Shown here: positions 28,574 to 39,500 of the stretch, one piece after another
Numbering within the stretch: the stretch's first letter is position 1
Layout of the letters: the number at the start of each line of letters is the position of its first letter
The notes under the pieces: model-generated
Seen by the model: the letters and a program-made list of their open reading frames with translations, nothing else
The model's database searches: none
What the model was told of the DNA's origin: nothing
Translations under genes and position numbers: made by a program
Source: Alphaproteobacteria bacterium
GTDB lineage: Bacteria > Planctomycetota > Phycisphaerae > UBA1845
Assembly: GCA_028285105.1 (NCBI GenBank)
Contig: JANQQE010000007.1
Location: 3,408-67,407, forward strand
DNA length: 64,000 nt
Reading direction: 5' to 3'

Positions 28574-30322
28574 TTACCGATGTTCCGTCTTTCGACCTAA
28601 CACGGCGACCAGTATCGCCAGAATAACCGTACCGAATACCAACCCCAACCACGGCGACAGTTGCAGTCTTGCGCACAGGATGTCGCCGGTGGCCATGGAC
28701 ACTGCTGCCGTTACCAGGGCGTAGGGAAATTGCGTCCAGACGTGGGTTTGGTGGTCGCAGCCGCTTGCTGCTGATGACAGGACTGTGGTGTCGCTGATCG
28801 GTGAGCAGTGGTCGCCGAAGATCGCACCGGCTAGTACGCTTCCTACGCTGGCGTAGAATAGCGGGAGGGCTGCTTCGGGTTGCAGGTCGGCACCCATGTC
28901 AGCCGCCACGCGCACGACCACCGGGCATAGGATTCCCATTGTGCCCCATGACGTTCCCGTTGCGAACGACACGCCGGCAGCACATGCGAAGACGACCACC
29001 GGCAGATTCTGCATCGCGAAGTTTTTCTGCACCAGCCAATCGCTGACCACCTCGCCAACCTTCAAGTCCTGCGACGATTGCGACAGCGACCACGCCAGCA
29101 CCAACACCACGATCGCCGGGAACATTCGCGACATCCCGGCCAGCATGCCATCGACCGCATCCTGCAACGTCGAACGCCGCGACGCGACAGCCAACCCCAT
29201 CGCCGCGATCAAACACGCCATCGCCCCGAACAGAATCGCGTTGTACGAATCGGCGTCCTCGAAAAGTATCGTCCAACTCAGCGGCGTGCCCTCGGCACGG
29301 GACTTGCTGAAACCGGGGTAGAGCAGCACAACACCCGTCACCGCGACCAGCGTCAACACCGGTAGCGCGGCGAGCAGCCAATCGAACCGCCCTACCGCAC
29401 CTTGCGATTCTTCGACCTCCGAGTCATTCGCGTCGCCGGATTGCGCCATCGCCTCATACCGCCGCATCGGACCAAAGTCGCGCCCCGTCCAGCCAATGAT
29501 GAACACCATCACCAGCGCGAGAATCGCATAGAACCGATACGGAATGCTGTTGAGAAACGCCCCCCATGCATCGACCGAAGACAGAAATGCCGGCGTGCCC
29601 GTTGTTGCGATGTCCTTGAGGGCTCCGTCGATGTAACCGATTTCCGCACCGACCCACGTCCCTACGAGGGCGATCGACGCGACTGGGGCAGCTGTCGAAT
29701 CGACGATGTACGCCAGCTTCGCCCGGGATATTTTCAAACGATCGAACAGTGGCTGCATGGTTGGCCCGACGATCATGGTGTTGGCGTAGTCGTCGAAGAA
29801 CACAACGAGACCGGCTAGCCAGACGGTGCATTGCCCCTGCCGCCGCGTGGTGGCCCGTCGCGCGATCATGTCCACCATCGCCCGCGTCCCGCCCGACGCA
29901 TTCACCACGCCGACCATCCCGCCGATCATCAGCGTGAAGAGCATGACCTTGGCGTGATCGGTGTCGGCAACGGCACCGACGACATAGACGGACATCGCGT
30001 TGGCGGCTCCGTCGATGACGGTGGATAGTGCGCCGCCCGTATGATCCGGCGCGATACGACAAAGCATCATCGCCGCGACGAAAGTCCCAAAGAACAACGC
30101 CGGTATCACTTGCCGCGTAACAATCGCCAGCACAATCGCCGTAAGCGCCGGCAGCAAAACCCACCCGCCATACTGCATCGGCGACGAAACGGTTGTTGCC
30201 GTTCCCGCATCAGCCTGCGCGAAAACCGAAGGTGCAAACAGCAACACAACCAATGCACCCGTCATCCAACAGGCCCATGAAAACGAACGACACCGATGAT
30301 GTGTACGAATCAGTTCTGGCAA
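28574..30322 (-). CDS. NhaC-family Na+/H+ antiporter
   Basis: 582 aa and polytopic. FFDDYANTMIVGPTMQP and GDHCSPISDTTVLSS are typical NhaC-family signatures. Confidence 0.85.
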   Translation of the reverse strand: MPELIRTHHRCRSFSWACWMTGALVVLLFAPSVFAQADAGTATTVSSPMQYGGWVLLPALTAIVLAIVTRQVIPALFFGTFVAAMMLCRIAPDHTGGALSTVIDGAANAMSVYVVGAVADTDHAKVMLFTLMIGGMVGVVNASGGTRAMVDMIARRATTRRQGQCTVWLAGLVVFFDDYANTMIVGPTMQPLFDRLKISRAKLAYIVDSTAAPVASIALVGTWVGAEIGYIDGALKDIATTGTPAFLSSVDAWGAFLNSIPYRFYAILALVMVFIIGWTGRDFGPMRRYEAMAQSGDANDSEVEESQGAVGRFDWLLAALPVLTLVAVTGVVLLYPGFSKSRAEGTPLSWTILFEDADSYNAILFGAMACLIAAMGLAVASRRSTLQDAVDGMLAGMSRMFPAIVVLVLAWSLSQSSQDLKVGEVVSDWLVQKNFAMQNLPVVVFACAAGVSFATGTSWGTMGILCPVVVRVAADMGADLQPEAALPLFYASVGSVLAGAIFGDHCSPISDTTVLSSAASGCDHQTHVWTQFPYALVTAAVSMATGDILCARLQLSPWLGLVFGTVILAILVAVLGRKTEHR

Positions 30323-30347
30323 CGCAGATGCTCCCGAAGTGATGGGG

Positions 30348-31097
30348 TCAGCCGACGTTTTTAACCGCAGTGCGGAAAATCGCCAAACCGTCAGGTTCAG
30401 TGGGCTCGGGAATGGAGGTCCAAAAGGGGTGCTGCGTGTAGCGGACGTAACGTTCGGGGTGCGGCATCATACCAATGATTCGACCGGTGACGTCTGTGAT
30501 CGCAGCGATATCATGAACGCTGCCGTTGGGATTGGCTGGCCCGATTCGTTGGATGCCATCCGCATAACTCAAAGCCACGCGGTTAGGCGAAATCTCGCCA
30601 CCATCGGAGACAACGAAGCGACCTTCAGCGTGGGCGATGGGAAGGAAGTAATGTCGATTCGGTTCCAGAAATGCGCAATTCGATGACTTGGATTCCAACG
30701 TCACCCATCGACAGGTGAATTGTCCTGACGTGTTAATAGTCAAGCTGCAAGCGGTGTCGGGCGTACCAACGTCGAGCAATCCGGCTTTGACCAATATCTG
30801 GAAACCGTTGCAAATGCCCAACACCAACCCGCCGCGATCGACCAGCCGGCGAATGCGATCCGAAAGCGCTTGGCCGATGCAACTCGCGAAGATCGCTCCG
30901 GCAGAAATATCATCGCCAAAACTAAACCCGCCGGGAAACGTGAGGATGTCGTATTCGTCCACGCGGTTCGGTGTCGCAACAAAATCGTCGAGGTGAACCA
31001 GCGAAACATCCGCACCGGCGAGACCCCACGCAAACACCGCTTCCTCGTCGCAGTTGATGCCTGCCGACCGCAAGATGGCAACGCGCGGCTTACCCAT
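30348..31097 (-). CDS. purQ: FGAM synthase glutamine amidotransferase subunit
   Basis: ORF 30348..31238 trimmed to ATG 31097 (MGKPRVAILRSAGINCDEE), which overlaps the purL stop by 8 nt. The catalytic LGICNGFQ and HAEGRF, and MMPHPER, are present. Confidence 0.9.
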   Translation of the reverse strand: MGKPRVAILRSAGINCDEEAVFAWGLAGADVSLVHLDDFVATPNRVDEYDILTFPGGFSFGDDISAGAIFASCIGQALSDRIRRLVDRGGLVLGICNGFQILVKAGLLDVGTPDTACSLTINTSGQFTCRWVTLESKSSNCAFLEPNRHYFLPIAHAEGRFVVSDGGEISPNRVALSYADGIQRIGPANPNGSVHDIAAITDVTGRIIGMMPHPERYVRYTQHPFWTSIPEPTEPDGLAIFRTAVKNVG

Positions 31098-34038
31098 TGG
31101 TGCGTTCTCCCAAATCACGAACCAGCCCACCCCGCCAAGCGCGATCCAATTCGGCGACATCGATTGAAAGTAACATTCGATCCGCCGCCGCAATTTGCAG
31201 TCGCGCCTCATCGGTAACGACGCCGAGTTTGATGACATTGGTGCATTTCTTTACGGAGGAGAAATCGACCGATCCGGTCACTTGAATCACATAACCGCCA
31301 AGTTGCTTGTCGAACAGTACTTTGACTGGCTCGTCGTCGGCCACATTCTTCAGATCGAAATGTGCGCCGCACTTACCGCCGATACACATTTCGGCAACGG
31401 CGAGTGCAACACCTTCATCTGATATATCATGACATGCCCTAACGTTTCCGCCGGCTATCAACGCCGCAATGCATCGATGAACAATCGCAGCGCTCTCGAA
31501 ACTCGGCGATGACCAGTCGTACGTGACGGCAAACAACTCACCGCCGCCTGGCTTTAAGTCCGACGTAACGCACCGGCGTATATCTTCGACGTGCCCGATT
31601 CCACTGATCAGAAGCGTTGGCGGAATGGCGATCGTATTCGGAAGGTTCAATCGTTTGGCATCGTCAGGTGATAGCGAAAACTGGTTGTTCAGTGAATCCT
31701 TACCCGAGATAAACGGCGCCTTATAAGCCAGTGCCGCATCGTGGCACCCTTGGCATGCCCGCACCAGTGCGCCCATGGCCTCTTCATCTGCGCAACCGCC
31801 CCAGCAGAAGTTGTCGAGAATCGCGATGCGCGACGGGTCGGCACCGACGCACACGAGGTTGCGAATTGCCTCGTCGATGGAGCGGACGGCCATCCAGTAT
31901 GGATCGGGTTCGATGCGGTCGCTGCACATCCCCATCCCGATCGCCACGCCACGGTTCGAGTCGAGCTTTGGCGTGATGACGGCTGCATCCGATGGACCTT
32001 CGCCGACGCCGACCAGCGGTTTGATCACACTGCCGCCCTGTACTTCGAAATCGTACTGACGAAAGATCGGCTCGCGGGAGCATGAATCAATTGACGCGAG
32101 TTTGGAAAGCATCATCTCTTGCGCGTTTTCGTTGGTGATCTTGACCGGTTTCGCCGCAACGCCTTCGGGCAGGCCGTCCCAACGTGCGACCCGCGTGATC
32201 TTAGGAAGACCGTTGTGCATGAAATCCAGATCGAGTCGCCCCACCTGCTCATCGTTGAAGCGAAGTTCGAGCGTGCCGCTGTCGTTAAATTCGCCGATGT
32301 CAGCCACCTCGACGCCTTCGCGTTCAAACACCGCTTGCAGCATTTCCATCTTCGACGGATGGACCGAAAAGACCATTCGCTCCTGCGCTTCGGACAGCCA
32401 GATTTCGTTGTATCGCAAGCCGGTATACTTGAGCGGAACATTTTCGAGTTGCACCGACGCGCCGAGGTGTTCGGCCATCTCGCCGACGGCGCTGCTGAGT
32501 CCACCCGCACCGCAATCCGTCACTGCCGAGTATAGGCAACCGCTTTCGTGATCGCGTGCCCGGAGTAACGCATCGAGCAATTTCTTTTCTTCGATGGCAT
32601 TACCGATCTGCACCGCGTGAGAGAACTCATCGGCGTGGGTGTCGGTCAACTCGCCGGACGAGAATGTCGCGCCACCGATGCCATCGCGCCCAGTTCGTCC
32701 GCCGGCAACGACGATGCGATCGCCAGGCTTCGGCGCTTTGGCAATGTGCTTTCGTGGAATAATCCCGACCGACCCAACGAACACCAACGGATTCGCAAGG
32801 TACCTCTCGTCAAAACGCAGTCCACCCGCGACCGTCGGAATGCCCATGCGATTACCATAATCACGAACGCCGCCAATGATCCCTCGCAAGATGCGCCGCG
32901 GATGCAGCACGCCGGTCGGCAGTCTCGCATCGTCCCAACCCGGTTCGGCGACGCAGAACACATCGGTATTGGCAATCGGTTTCGCACCAAGGCCGCAACC
33001 TAAAATATCACGAACGCAACCGCCCACGCCCGTCGCCGCTCCACCGTACGGCTCGATCGCTGAGGGATGGTTGTGCGTCTCAACCTTAAACGCGATGCCA
33101 TTGTCGTCATCGAACTCCACCACACCAGCATTGTCTTCAAAAACCGACAAGCACCAGTCGCAGTCCAATTCTTCAGTTGCCCGAACGATCGTGTCAACCA
33201 GCAGATTGTCATAACGTCTTTCAACCGTCTGGCATGAACTGCTCTCAACTCCGAAGGGTCGCCCCGCATACGCAACCGCGCTCTTGAGCGTTTTGTGAAC
33301 GCAGTGTTCCGACCAGGTTTGGGCGATGGTTTCCAATTCGACATCGGTTGGGTCGCGTCCCAGCTTGGCGAAGTGCGCCTGAATTTCTTTCACCTCGGGC
33401 AGCGACAAAAACAGCCGCCCCCGCTTCGATAATTCCGTCAGAGCGTCGTCGTCTAGTCCAATCAACGCCACCGAGATGAGCTTGAATTCGGCAACCGGTG
33501 CGATCGCGATTTCCGACGGAAGCGCATCGGTTCGGTCGAACGCTTTGATGAAAACCCGTTCGACACAGTCATTAGCCAGCACACGCTGTGCCATTTCTTC
33601 GACGCGGTCAATTCGACCCACGCCATCAATCTCGTATCGCCATGCCGTCTGCACGCATTCGACGGGTGAAGCCATTGACGGGTCGCGATTTTGAAGGAGT
33701 TTGTTGCAGGCATCGATGGCGCTAAGGGCGACGGGGTCCATGATGCCAGGTTGCAAGTGAACTTCGACCAATGCACCGGCGAATGAATCGGGCCATGAAA
33801 CCGTAGATTCGACCGCGCCGATTTCAATCGCCCGATCTACGAGAAGCTTGTCGCAAAGCAGTTGCACCTGATCGTAAGAAATGTCGCCGGCAAGTTCATA
33901 GATGCGGGTAGCACGCACGGCTGCGACTTCATCGAATCCCGCCCGCCGCAACTCCGAAAGCGTAATCCGCCCCTTCGCATCATTCTGCCCGTGGCGCGCT
34001 CGCACGCTAACTCGCCAGTTGATCTTTCTTTCGGCCAT
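31090..34038 (-). CDS. purL: FGAM synthase II (PurL) fused to an N-terminal PurS-like tandem
   Basis: ORF 31090..34125 trimmed to ATG 34038 (MAERKINWRV). The core reads QTWSEHCVHKT...VETHNHPSAIEPYGGAATGVGG...GNAIEEK, canonical PurL. About 180 aa of two PurS-like units precede it. Confidence 0.9.
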   Translation of the reverse strand: MAERKINWRVSVRARHGQNDAKGRITLSELRRAGFDEVAAVRATRIYELAGDISYDQVQLLCDKLLVDRAIEIGAVESTVSWPDSFAGALVEVHLQPGIMDPVALSAIDACNKLLQNRDPSMASPVECVQTAWRYEIDGVGRIDRVEEMAQRVLANDCVERVFIKAFDRTDALPSEIAIAPVAEFKLISVALIGLDDDALTELSKRGRLFLSLPEVKEIQAHFAKLGRDPTDVELETIAQTWSEHCVHKTLKSAVAYAGRPFGVESSSCQTVERRYDNLLVDTIVRATEELDCDWCLSVFEDNAGVVEFDDDNGIAFKVETHNHPSAIEPYGGAATGVGGCVRDILGCGLGAKPIANTDVFCVAEPGWDDARLPTGVLHPRRILRGIIGGVRDYGNRMGIPTVAGGLRFDERYLANPLVFVGSVGIIPRKHIAKAPKPGDRIVVAGGRTGRDGIGGATFSSGELTDTHADEFSHAVQIGNAIEEKKLLDALLRARDHESGCLYSAVTDCGAGGLSSAVGEMAEHLGASVQLENVPLKYTGLRYNEIWLSEAQERMVFSVHPSKMEMLQAVFEREGVEVADIGEFNDSGTLELRFNDEQVGRLDLDFMHNGLPKITRVARWDGLPEGVAAKPVKITNENAQEMMLSKLASIDSCSREPIFRQYDFEVQGGSVIKPLVGVGEGPSDAAVITPKLDSNRGVAIGMGMCSDRIEPDPYWMAVRSIDEAIRNLVCVGADPSRIAILDNFCWGGCADEEAMGALVRACQGCHDAALAYKAPFISGKDSLNNQFSLSPDDAKRLNLPNTIAIPPTLLISGIGHVEDIRRCVTSDLKPGGGELFAVTYDWSSPSFESAAIVHRCIAALIAGGNVRACHDISDEGVALAVAEMCIGGKCGAHFDLKNVADDEPVKVLFDKQLGGYVIQVTGSVDFSSVKKCTNVIKLGVVTDEARLQIAAADRMLLSIDVAELDRAWRGGLVRDLGERTNG

Positions 34039-34198
34039 GAAAGGACTGATCCCCGCATCATGCTTGCGCAACCATATCGGCAGCAACTTTCGCGCGTAGG
34101 CTAACAGGTATCGGTTGAGGTTCAAATCGGTTGGCGAAGATCAGGCAGGTGTTGCGAAAATATCACTGTCAACTCGCAACGGTGGAATTGTTCACACG

Positions 34199-34999
34199 CT
34201 ATTGCAACTCGTATGCAACACCGCCAGTAACGCGGTATGACGTATCGCCGACGCCGTCGGTGCCCGGGCAGGTGTCCTGGTCGAGCAGGAATGCTTGCGG
34301 TTTGAGCAGGTCTTCGGTGTTGGTGTGGGCTCGCATGATTTCCGTCGAGGGCGACAGCAGAAGGCGCTGCACCGCATCCGGATCGGGATGGAAAAATCCG
34401 AGCGTGTGGCCGGTCTCGTGGGCAATCGTGTTGGCGAAGGCGTTCACCCATTCATCCAGGGTGGCTCCTCCGATGCGACTGGCCAACGCACCGCCCCAGA
34501 TCACTCCCGAATCGTCGAGGTGTTCATTGCACAGATCGAAATGCGATTGGCCAATGTGTTTGGCATTGTCGGCAGGTGCATCACCGGTGATGTGGATCAC
34601 TGTCGAATCGAGATAGTCGCCACCGTCGCCGATGATGACCGCGACATCCATCGGATCGAGCACGCACAGAATCTCGGACACGCGGTTGAGTACGATCGTT
34701 TCAAACTCGCCCTGCGTGATCGACTTTCCGTCGGCAAGCTTCAGCGAAGTGACGTCGAAACCGGTGAGGACTTTGTCGCGAACGAGCGGACTCTGACCGC
34801 CATCCCAATCGAGAACGATCAGCGTCAGGGCATCATCGGGAAGTGGAGCATGACCGCAGGTGGGAACGCTGCCATCGGTACGCGGACTCGGAACCTTTTC
34901 CGCCGGCGCGACGTAACCGCAGCCAGTCGCCAACATCAAAACGCCGGCAAGCAGTCCGAGAAAACAACGCGTATGCACACTCTTTATGCGCATCAACAT
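34199..34999 (-). CDS. Metzincin-type zinc metalloprotease lipoprotein
   Basis: ORF 34199..35092 trimmed to ATG 34999 (MLMRIKSVHTRCFLGLLAGVLMLATGC, lipobox). The extended zinc site IAHETGHTLGFFHPD (HExxHxxGxxH) is followed by a candidate Met-turn (EIMR). Confidence 0.7.
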   Translation of the reverse strand: MLMRIKSVHTRCFLGLLAGVLMLATGCGYVAPAEKVPSPRTDGSVPTCGHAPLPDDALTLIVLDWDGGQSPLVRDKVLTGFDVTSLKLADGKSITQGEFETIVLNRVSEILCVLDPMDVAVIIGDGGDYLDSTVIHITGDAPADNAKHIGQSHFDLCNEHLDDSGVIWGGALASRIGGATLDEWVNAFANTIAHETGHTLGFFHPDPDAVQRLLLSPSTEIMRAHTNTEDLLKPQAFLLDQDTCPGTDGVGDTSYRVTGGVAYELQ

Positions 35000-35329
35000 G
35001 CTCCTTGTCCCTCCTCGCGACGACGCTCCAGCGTCATCTGGGAACAAACCCCTCTTCTGCTCTTTTATTCCAGCGAGGGATGACGCAGTCAATAGCCATC
35101 AGAAAAATGGGAAATTGGCGTCCGATAGATCAGTTTAGTGAGGCGCGGCGATGGAAACAAATGAATTGGATGCGGCGACAAGGCGTTACCGAAGCGAAAG
35201 TTACGGCAACACCCCAGAATTCCCAGATTGAATGCGTAATGCGGTCGGATTTGAAGGCGGGTTAATTGTTGCGCGAGTTATCGGATGGTACTTGATCGTG
35301 CAGCACGTTGAAACGGCAGCTCGGATCGC

Positions 35330-36166
35330 TCAATCGTTTGTCTCGGGCCGTCTGATGGAAACGGTCTCGCCAGGTTCGGGCCAGCGTCCACCTCGTACTT
35401 CAGCGATACAAGATCTTTCCTCGACGGAAACCACTTCCATGTTGGTCGTATACTTGTACTGATCTTCAAACTCTGCCCAGAACTTCAACCCGACGCGAAC
35501 GCCATCATCAAAACCTTTGTCGAGTTTCAAGACATACTCATCTTGCTTCACGACCGTTGCTTCAAACGACTCATCCAAAATGAATTCTGCGTACTTCTTG
35601 GGCAGTCTCGGTTTGCCAACGGCTGGTTTTTTCCAGTCGCCGTCTCTTACGAAATATGGCCACGAACTGATGCTCTGCGTGACTGGTTCTTCGCCAGCAT
35701 TTACGCTATTGCAAAAATCGACAATTTTGTCTTCGTCAACCAAGTAAAGCCGCTCACCCGATTCGATCGGAACGACCCTAAGAGTCCGCCATTCTTTGGA
35801 CTCAATTCGACGATCGGCCACAGCAGCGTCGATTGAAGGACACGATTCATCTGAATCTAACAGTATTATGCCCGACTCGATTTTGTACTGACCTGCGCAC
35901 TTTTCAAAATAAGTGCATGACGCAGCCAAAAACTCGAAGCGACTGTCATCCTTTAGTTCTAGAGTAGCTCCACCATATCCCAGGCTCTTGATGAATCTGG
36001 TCTGAAGTGCAGAAGGAGCCACTGCCGGCCAGTTGATCTTGGCCGGCAGTGGTTTCTTTGTTGATTTGTTATCTTGCGCGCAACCTGTAGCGGCAAGAAT
36101 GATTGACATTGTTGCGACGGTTGTGACTGCATGCGCTGCTCGCAGGTTGTTTGCGATTCGCATCAT
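35330..36166 (-). CDS. Hypothetical lipoprotein
   Basis: MMRIANNLRAAHAVTTVATMSIILAATGC is a lipobox. No family recognised. The gene looks more A/T-rich than its neighbours by eye. Confidence 0.6.
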   Translation of the reverse strand: MMRIANNLRAAHAVTTVATMSIILAATGCAQDNKSTKKPLPAKINWPAVAPSALQTRFIKSLGYGGATLELKDDSRFEFLAASCTYFEKCAGQYKIESGIILLDSDESCPSIDAAVADRRIESKEWRTLRVVPIESGERLYLVDEDKIVDFCNSVNAGEEPVTQSISSWPYFVRDGDWKKPAVGKPRLPKKYAEFILDESFEATVVKQDEYVLKLDKGFDDGVRVGLKFWAEFEDQYKYTTNMEVVSVEERSCIAEVRGGRWPEPGETVSIRRPETND

Positions 36167-36220
36167 GCCATCACGTTACCTTCGCATTCCGGCCAAGTCA
36201 CGTCGCAATTCGCTGTGCGG

Positions 36221-36565
36221 CTAGTCACACGGCGACACGATCTCGTCGGTAAACGCCGACTGGAAAGCTCTGAAATCGTCCAGATCGACGTCTCCGTCGG
36301 TGTCTATGTCGGCTGCACTGAAGTCGCCCGGATCGCATCCGCCCGGTGGCGTCAGTTCGCCCGGTCCGCCGAGGCAATCGTGAACCACAGCGAAATCGAG
36401 CAGATCGACATCGCCGTCGTTGTCGAAATCGAATGGGCCATTGCAGGCGGCTGGGTCCTGCCCGGGGTTCGGGACCGTCGGACAATTGTCGTCGAAATCG
36501 CAAACGCCGTCGCCATCGCAGTCTTCCAACGTTCCGATGCAAATACCGTTGGAGCACATGTCGTT
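36221..36565 (-). repeat. C-terminal TSP3-like plus double dockerin/EF-hand-like module, copy 1 (paralogous to 42839-43185)
   Basis: The protein-level alignment to the other giant is nearly colinear. At nucleotide level there are long identical runs, for example cagatcgacatcgccgtcgttgtcgaa at 36401-36427 and 43019-43045. Confidence 0.85.
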
Positions 36566-39500
36566 CGTCGTGCAAGCGTCGCCGTCGTCGCATGGCAGAT
36601 CGGGAATGCCGTTGACGACTTTCAGATCGTCCCAGTATTTGCTGCCATCGAGCATGCTCCACACACCGACCGTTCCGACCGTTCGGTTCAGCCCGCCGGT
36701 ATCCGTCGCGTCGATCTGGAAGCCACCCGGTTCGGATTGGCCGTCCTGCCAGACGTTGGCCTGAATGCGCACTTGCGGTCCTTCGGCATCGACAACGATG
36801 CGGAAGCGATACCACGTATCGACAATCGGATCGACACCTGAATCGAGGTCGCCCGTCAAACCGTTCGCATTCGGCGGTTCCAATTGGAACGTGCGTGCCG
36901 ACGGCGCAAAGTTTGCTCGACGCAATCGATGATAGTCGAATGCCGGCGTTGGCGAATCGGCAAAACCGGAAAGGAAGGTCACGCCGATTCCGCCATTGTC
37001 ATTCGTCAGCCGCATGCGGCCAATATACGTCATGGACGTAAAGTTCTCCGCACCGGCCCCGACATAGTGCGAATGAATGTTGACGTCGGCTGCATCCGTT
37101 GCAAACACCAGATCGCCGCCGACCTGCTGAACGCCGAAGAGCGCATCATTCCCAACGGTCGCACTGTCCGCGATGGTATCAAACCAATCGGTTGGATCTT
37201 GCCCGACGCTATATGAATTAAAGTTCTCATCGAGTAAGTCCAGATCGCAGAGTACCGCACAAGTGTCGGTGTCTTCATTGCAAACTTCGGCTCCTGCACC
37301 GCAGGGTGGCGTCCCTGCTTCACAGATGCCTCCGACGCAATCTTCAACACCGTTGCAGAACAATCCGTCATCGCATTCGGCTGCGACGCCACACGTATTG
37401 GCGAATTCTTCAAGCTTCAGTGCGGTCATCGCGTAACCCTTGGTGTTGTCAGGTCCGCTGCCCAATGAATCGTCCCATTCGGACTTAATCGAGAAGCTTC
37501 CGTCGCTGGCGACGACGTTCGTCCATCGAGCGACGTATCCGTTGTCGGTGTTGTTTCCAGAGCTGAATGAAACAGAATCGGCAGAATTAACCACGACGCC
37601 GGCTGAACTGTCGTTCGCGAAGGAATCCGCGCCTTCGATGGTGACACGCGAGAAACGGAGACCATCGTATGCCGGATTGTCGCGGTTCGCCGAAACCGTG
37701 ACCGTATACCGCTTGGTCGAATCCAAATTGTCGAGCGTAATGATGTTGTCCCAACTGGGATCATCGAGTTCGATGGTGTTCTGCATATCAACAATGACAG
37801 CACCATCCGGACCAAACGTATCACCGGCATCGGTTCCGCCGATGGGTTGTCCACCGTTGGATTCGTGATTGTCATCAAGCCCGCCAACGAACGATCCGGT
37901 GATGGTTACCGCTGTTGGCGTACCTGTATTGTAATCGACGAGAATGCCGCCAACCGTATTGTAATCGTGTTCGGTGACATTGGTGTCGTTCAGATCGCCA
38001 GCCGCCGGGTTCATGTCGTTGTATGCGGTGAACAACGGACCGGCTTCGCAGAAACCGGTGCCGAGATTGCAGACATCCCCTGACGGACAGTTGTCTACGT
38101 TCATGCACCCATCGATTGGATCGCATGAATCGTCGGTACACGCCACGGCGTCATCGCAGTCTGGCGCCAAGCCAAGGATACAAGTGTTGGCGCCGCACGT
38201 TTCGAGACCGTCGCAAACATCGTTGTTATCGCAATCGGCATCTGCCAAACAATCGACACATGCTCCATCCGCCGGATTGCAAACCTGCGCGCCGCAATTG
38301 ACCGGCGTACCCGCACATGTTCCGCCCGAACAGGTATCCGATTCCGTACACAAATCGCCATCGTCGCACGAGTCGGTATTGTTGGTGTACTCACAGAATC
38401 CCGATGTGTTGCACAGATCGTCGGTGCAATCGTTGCCGTCGTTACAGTCGGCTGATGTATCGCAGCCGGCAACGAACACGACTTCGAGTCTCGGTCGTTC
38501 GGAAGGCGTCGCGACGTATTCGCTGGATCGAATCTGCGCACCACCGCCTGCTCCGCCACCGGGCGGTGGAAGGAAGAACCATCCAAAGTTGCCGGCTGGG
38601 TTGTCAACCCATGCCTGCAAACTCGCAGTGACGTCTGCGGACTGCGTACCGACCGGGGCATTGGCCGATCCAACTTCCGCAACACTGTATTCAGTTGCTT
38701 CATCGCACGATTCACCGCAAATGGTTGTCAGGCTGTCGGCTTCGCTCCAATCGACAAGCATCTCGCGAATCGATGCCGTCACACCCGGGTCGAAGACGGT
38801 GTACTGAATCGTCGCCGAAACAATCTGCGAACTTGGTGGGATCAGATCCGGACCGGCTCCGATGATGTTGTCAAACCGCAGCAGACCGAAGTTGGGTTGA
38901 ACGATACCGCCGCTCGGGTCGTCGTCATCCCATTCCCATTCCTCCAACGCGCCGTTGACATTCCCGGGTACCGCCACTTGAAGCAACGTATCTTGCGTTC
39001 CGGCATATGAATCGGTGCCTTCCTGGAATGCAATGGTCGACGTCAGAGTGCATGCTCCCGTGGTCTCGAGGCAAACTTCGCCCGCGCCGCATTCGACCGG
39101 CTCATTCGAGCAGGTGCCCGCCGTACACGAATCCGTTGTACACGGGTCGCCGTCATCGCAGTCCGAGTCGTCTCCGCAAACCACCTGATATACAATTCGC
39201 AGCTCTGGTGGGGTCGTACCTTCTGCCGAATCCATCTGCCAAGAGTTGTCCGCACCCGGCGGCAACCATGCCCACCCGTAATTGCTTGACGGGTCGGCTA
39301 GCCACGCTTCGACACTGGTGGTCACATCCAATTCGTATGGACCGACGCCACTTTCGCCGGAAGTATCGGCGACCGTTTCTGCTTCGACGCCATCGTTTTG
39401 TACTCCGCCGCCCCAGATGTTCCAAGTATCGGTGTCATTCCACGGCTGCAACATCCGGTACAAACCAGCCCCGACGCTGGGACTCGAGTTTGTGATCTCA

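Noticed and set aside
28896-30164. Several 140-236-aa ORFs on both strands within 28.9-30.2 kb
   Set aside because: All overlap the NhaC antiporter frame and are Arg-rich shadow ORFs.
34295-35083. 262-aa plus-strand ORF
   Set aside because: It is antisense to the metzincin lipoprotein gene, which has a lipobox and an HExxHxxGxxH site.
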